This document shows positions 59,887-64,000 of a stretch of DNA of 64,000 bases, in pieces. The stretch lies in NCBI GenBank assembly GCA_025201805.1, contig MU619260.1, forward strand, positions 1 through 64,000. The letters run 5' to 3'. This DNA is from Parasitella parasitica NRRL 2501 (taxonomy: Eukaryota; Fungi; Mucoromycota). The notes under the pieces are model-generated. The model was given only the letters and a program-made list of their open reading frames with translations. It searched no databases and was not told the DNA's origin. Made by a program: the position numbers and the translations under genes. Position 1 is the stretch's first letter; every line of letters starts with the position of its first letter.

Positions 59887-62800
59887 TTATACGTTGACTT
59901 TACGAGCAAGCTCACTCATCATGCCCAACAGATCTTGGATTGTGAACTCCAAGTGCACGCCAGCATCTGGATAACACTTTTTGATCAAATCTTCCATTTT
60001 TTCGTGCTGGCGAATAAACTCTTCTTGGATTCCACGCCAAACGACCTGCAACAAGCCTTCTTCTTCCGAGAAATGCTTGTCCACACGCTTATAAAGCTGT
60101 TCAAGCGATTTCTTGATTTCTTTGGCTGGAAACATCATGATGACTCGACGGAGTTGGGTTTTGTTGTAGTTCATGTGGAAAGAGACCTCCTCAGGGGTGC
60201 TTGTGTGTGTCATCTGCTCGACGCCTTCGAAAAACTCTAGCAATTTGCCAAGAGGACGGCGGATGATAACCCGGATGTAAGCATTCAGGCTGTTGTCATA
60301 TTGGGCCTTTGCATGTTTGATCCATTTTTCTAGCACATGGAGCTTATTTGTTCGCAAGGCATGGTACATGTGGTGCATGTTTTCTACATGTAGAATTGCA
60401 TAGGGTTAGTAGCTAATTGCTGGCTATAGTCTAATCATCACCGCTTACCAATGTACATAATGGTGGCGTTCAATTGCTCCTTGTCATCGCCTGTTTGGTC
60501 GCTCTCACGGGCAATGCTATCCAAGCTTGCCATCATGGCTTGGATAATCTTTTCATACGCTTCACTGACTGTAACGCGAGTTTCTGATTCAGGCTGCACA
60601 TTGACAGCTGCCATTTCCATCCTCATGGCAAATACAGGAAAAGTACGGAAAAAGGATAGAATGCCTTTACGCTTCTTGGACGTAACTTTTGTCTCTTCGA
60701 TGATGCGCACTTGGTCGGCCTGCAGATGACGATTTACGATTAGTTCTTGGATACTAACAAAGGTCAACTATCCGGTAACTTACAATAAAGCTCTCGAACA
60801 TTTTGGTCAATCTTTGAAGTATGGATTTACACAGACGCAGGGTAAACTCTTGATCGGAGCCATCCCATTTCTCTTGCTGAAATTCGACAGCTCCCAACAT
60901 GCTTACTGCTTGGCTATTATGCGGGGAAGGGTAGAAAAATAGTCAGTACATCAGTGTGATATGCGCCTTTTCCATGCCTACGTGGGGTCGCTTTTAACAC
61001 CATATTCCAACAAGCCAACTAAATTAGGCTCTAACGTCTCGAAAATGATTTCCATCCATGTCCTATTGGTTACGGTGAGTGGCATCTTCACATGCTGATA
61101 TCTGTGCTGCTTACAGAATCTTTTTAGAGATTTTGACATCCCTAATTTTGTCTCTTCGGCTATAAAGATCAGACTTGTTGGGGACTTGTGAGTACACCAT
61201 GCCTCTCTCCAAGAAAGACTTGGGCCCATTCAGAGTTTGCTCGAACAAATCACTCATGTAGTTTTGCTCCCGACAAACCATCATTACCGCCTGGCTGATC
61301 ATTTGTGCAAAGGCCTGGATTGAAAAACTCGGATTTTTAAAGACATGTCTAGCTATGATACGGGACACTTACATCGTCAGCAGCCTTTTCATCTTCATCC
61401 ACACTAGTACGGCCAGTTCCATTGCTGAAGCTTCCCCCAATAACGCCTTCCACTGAGCCACGAAGCATGTGTCTATATCGATGCGGCTTGGAGTCATCTC
61501 CTCGTAGATTAGGCGCATAAGCTAATGCTCTGGCTGGACGAGACTCCTCTGGTTTAAAGACTAGCATGGAGGGTTAGAGCATATTTTAGTATGCGTGCAG
61601 TCGGGCTTACTGTATTCGAGCTCATCAACATCTCTTTTACGCAAAGTAACGTAATACGAGCGAGAGCTCTCGATAAGATCACAGACATCACGATCATACA
61701 AAGGCGCCATAGCCTGAGCATAGCACTGTTTTAAAGGCATTAAATACGCATATTTCTCTTGCGAACCACCAAACACGCAACTTACACTTTGCAGCTCATT
61801 GTACATTCTTGGTTCCATTTCCTTTTCCCAAAGGTTGAATCCTTGGTATTTGATCAGGTTATCCTCGATTGCTTCATGCGGCTGAGCAACGATAGAGCCA
61901 CTTTTTCTGGTATCCGCAGGCGAGGCCTTGATTTTGTGATCGAAATAGTGCTTGGCTTGATATTCAAACTGACCTTTCAAGAATTCGAATATTCTTTCGC
62001 TAAACTTATTGCCGTGGATGTTGTAGGTCTCTAAACGCTGTTGAACCGCAGCCATATCTTGCAGACCGTCGCCGAGCTTTGTCTTTATCACTTTTTGCAG
62101 TATTTCTGCGGATTCCTGGATACGAATGACATCGTCTGCTGTTTCCATGGAATCGCTTTGAAGGCTGTCCAAGCATCTTCTGGGTATAGAGATGGCCGTC
62201 TACAATGATTTGAGCATAATTAGAGTCAAAGTCAAGTCGTGTACAAAAAAAGCCGCTTTACCAATAGATTATCCAGTTCATTTATCAGGGCATGTTGATT
62301 TGTATTCAATATCTGGAGAGCTCTGTTCTGAGTCTCGATCTCACGAATATCATCACCCATACTCTAACAACATAGAAGAGAGAAAATTATGTGTTTAATT
62401 CAAATGAAGCAAGTGTATTTTTTTTTTTTTTTTTTGATCAGAAAAAAGTCGAAATGTCTGTAGCAATGGAGGGATGAATATATGTAGCAATGCATGTATA
62501 GATACAGTGTGGGTGTGTAGGTGGATGTGGAAGTGTATATTAAGCAGTTTCCGTTTTCTTATCACTTACGTTGAGCTCTGCGCCGTAAAGCGACAACCAA
62601 CTTTCCATGCTATCCAGCTCCTCCAGCGACTTGTCAATGTGTTCTACGATGGATCTCACTCTCTCGTCCGATTGAATCATGGCATGAACATTCGCCTAAA
62701 GAGACATGTCAGCCCATATTATTGCTGTCTGTCATTACTTACAGCTTCCAGTGCGTGTAGCTCGCCCAACAACCTCTTTTCTAACGCTGCAGCATTACCG

Positions 62801-64000
62801 CTGGCTTTCCAATTGAAATCTGTAAGCAGCTCCTCTACGTTCATCAAAGAGGCCTGCTCTGCTATCTTTTCCTGAATCTCCTCGGCCTTCTTTTGACGCT
62901 GTTTTTCTTCTTTTACTCGTCGCTCCATTCTGTCACGTTCTCGCTTGGCATCACGGATACGATCTCGTTCTTTGTGTTCGGCACGATGGGAGTCTTCAGG
63001 CGTAGCATAACCGTTGGAAATATCTTCACGGGCTGCTGTGGAAAATAAGTTGATAAAACATTCAAAAAAAAAAAAAAAAACGTACATGAATGGGTCGACG
63101 TCTGTGGAGGAGGAGAAGGCTTTGAAACAGGCTGCTTCTTTGACATGCTACTCTTTACAGGCGATTGATTGTAATTTGACGACGGCTGTGAGGATGACGA
63201 CGGCATGGCTTGCTCCTGCTGTTGACGCTGTTGCAGAGGAGGCGGTGTGGATTGAACATGCTGCTGGTTGTCTGAAATTGCATTTGCTGATCGAGAACCC
63301 ATTGGATTGTACCCTATGCTTGTAGACGGCGAGGGAGGATAAGGGGCATCATGGGCAACTGGAGACTGAGTCATTAGATGATGGCTATCCGCATTACTAT
63401 CAGAGAAATTGGTTGTGATCGTGCTAGTTGAACCCATAGACGGCGCTGACGGATCAGCCAAAACTAAATCAAAAAAAAAAAAAAGGTTGGCATAAAACTC
63501 GGCCATTCAATCACTAGGAGATACTTGCAGCGGAGGATACGAGCTTCGTCAATGTTGGCCAATTTTGGCATACGGGCGGCTGAACGTCTGCAAGACTATA
63601 TAAATATATATATACACATTTAATCAATCAACTATCTTGTACATAGGATCCCTCTCTCACATCAATCAAAAACGCTAAAAAGATCATTTTGTCTTTGCTC
63701 CTTTCAACAGCCCACAAATAGGGTTTATTGAGTGTAATCGAAAATTGGTGAGCCTAAAAAAAGAGAGAGAGATGGTGAGGACACCGAGAGCGCATATTTT
63801 GGCAATACCAGCCTACATCAACAATTTGAATCTGCTTGACATCATCCAATGACCATGCTTTACTGATGCTGAATGTGCCGTTTTGGTTTCTCTTCACCTT
63901 CAGTAATCGAATGGCACTCTTTTTTTCTACAAGAAAACGAAATGCACAGTATCAGTAGGATGCCTAGTCAGTAAAGTTCTGTATTTACGGGTCAAACACA
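59887..64000 (-). CDS. SEC3: Exocyst subunit Sec3 (5' end outside window), multi-exon
   Basis: PH-like LLKVKRNQNGTFSISKAWSLDDV; VEELLTDFNWKASGNAAALEKRLLGELHALEA; KKRKGILSFFRTFP; IRRPLGKLLEFFEGVE; LYKRVDKHFSEEEGLLQVVWRGIQEEFI. Confidence 0.93.

Noticed and set aside
1-64000. CRISPR arrays, rRNA, tRNA, prokaryotic operons
   Set aside because: None seen. The sequence is intron-rich eukaryotic DNA, and the many short antisense ORFs in the track are shadows of real genes.

Overview
Gene-dense, AT-rich eukaryotic DNA with many short (about 50-70 nt) introns, long homopolymers and two N gaps. Gene content (INTS11, CAND1, a fused chorismate mutase-prephenate dehydratase, a chromodomain Gypsy element) points to an early-diverging fungus, most likely Mucorales; this is an inference. 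I can support about 20 protein-coding genes. From left to right: BCAT, Zn-ribbon/DnaJ/DnaJ-X chaperone, CNT nucleoside transporter, Sec2-like GEF, NIF/HAD phosphatase, Cps1-like GT2 synthase, sulfotransferase-like P-loop protein, F-BAR protein, CAND1, INTS11, ARC-like protein, CE4-like GPI protein, UBA-UIM-USP protein, TMEM128-like, LIM protein, GMPPA-like, PUT1, gamma-tubulin complex subunit, aldonolactone oxidase, PheA-like P-protein and a 5'-truncated SEC3. Mobile DNA includes a nest of Tc1/mariner-type non-autonomous elements at 13.0-13.8 kb, a related fragment at 42.3-42.5 kb, an IS630/Tc1 transposase relic, a damaged PD-(D/E)XK-like ORF and an internally deleted chromovirus-type Ty3/Gypsy element. 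The top candidate for a novel system is the intronless, TATA-preceded ORF at 29880-30662. It carries the CD38/ADP-ribosyl-cyclase (Tox-ARC) active-site motif set but no signal peptide or disulfide scaffold, which suggests a cytosolic NAD+-consuming or cADPR-forming enzyme resembling bacterial toxins. Other oddities are two apparent pseudoenzymes (USP Cys>Ala; CE4 lacking its DD and His motifs), a PTS1 on the lactone oxidase, an RBM8A/Y14 exon fragment inside a pheA intron, a TACAGTA transposon excision footprint and three GC-AG introns. All family assignments come from motif recognition by eye; no searches were run.
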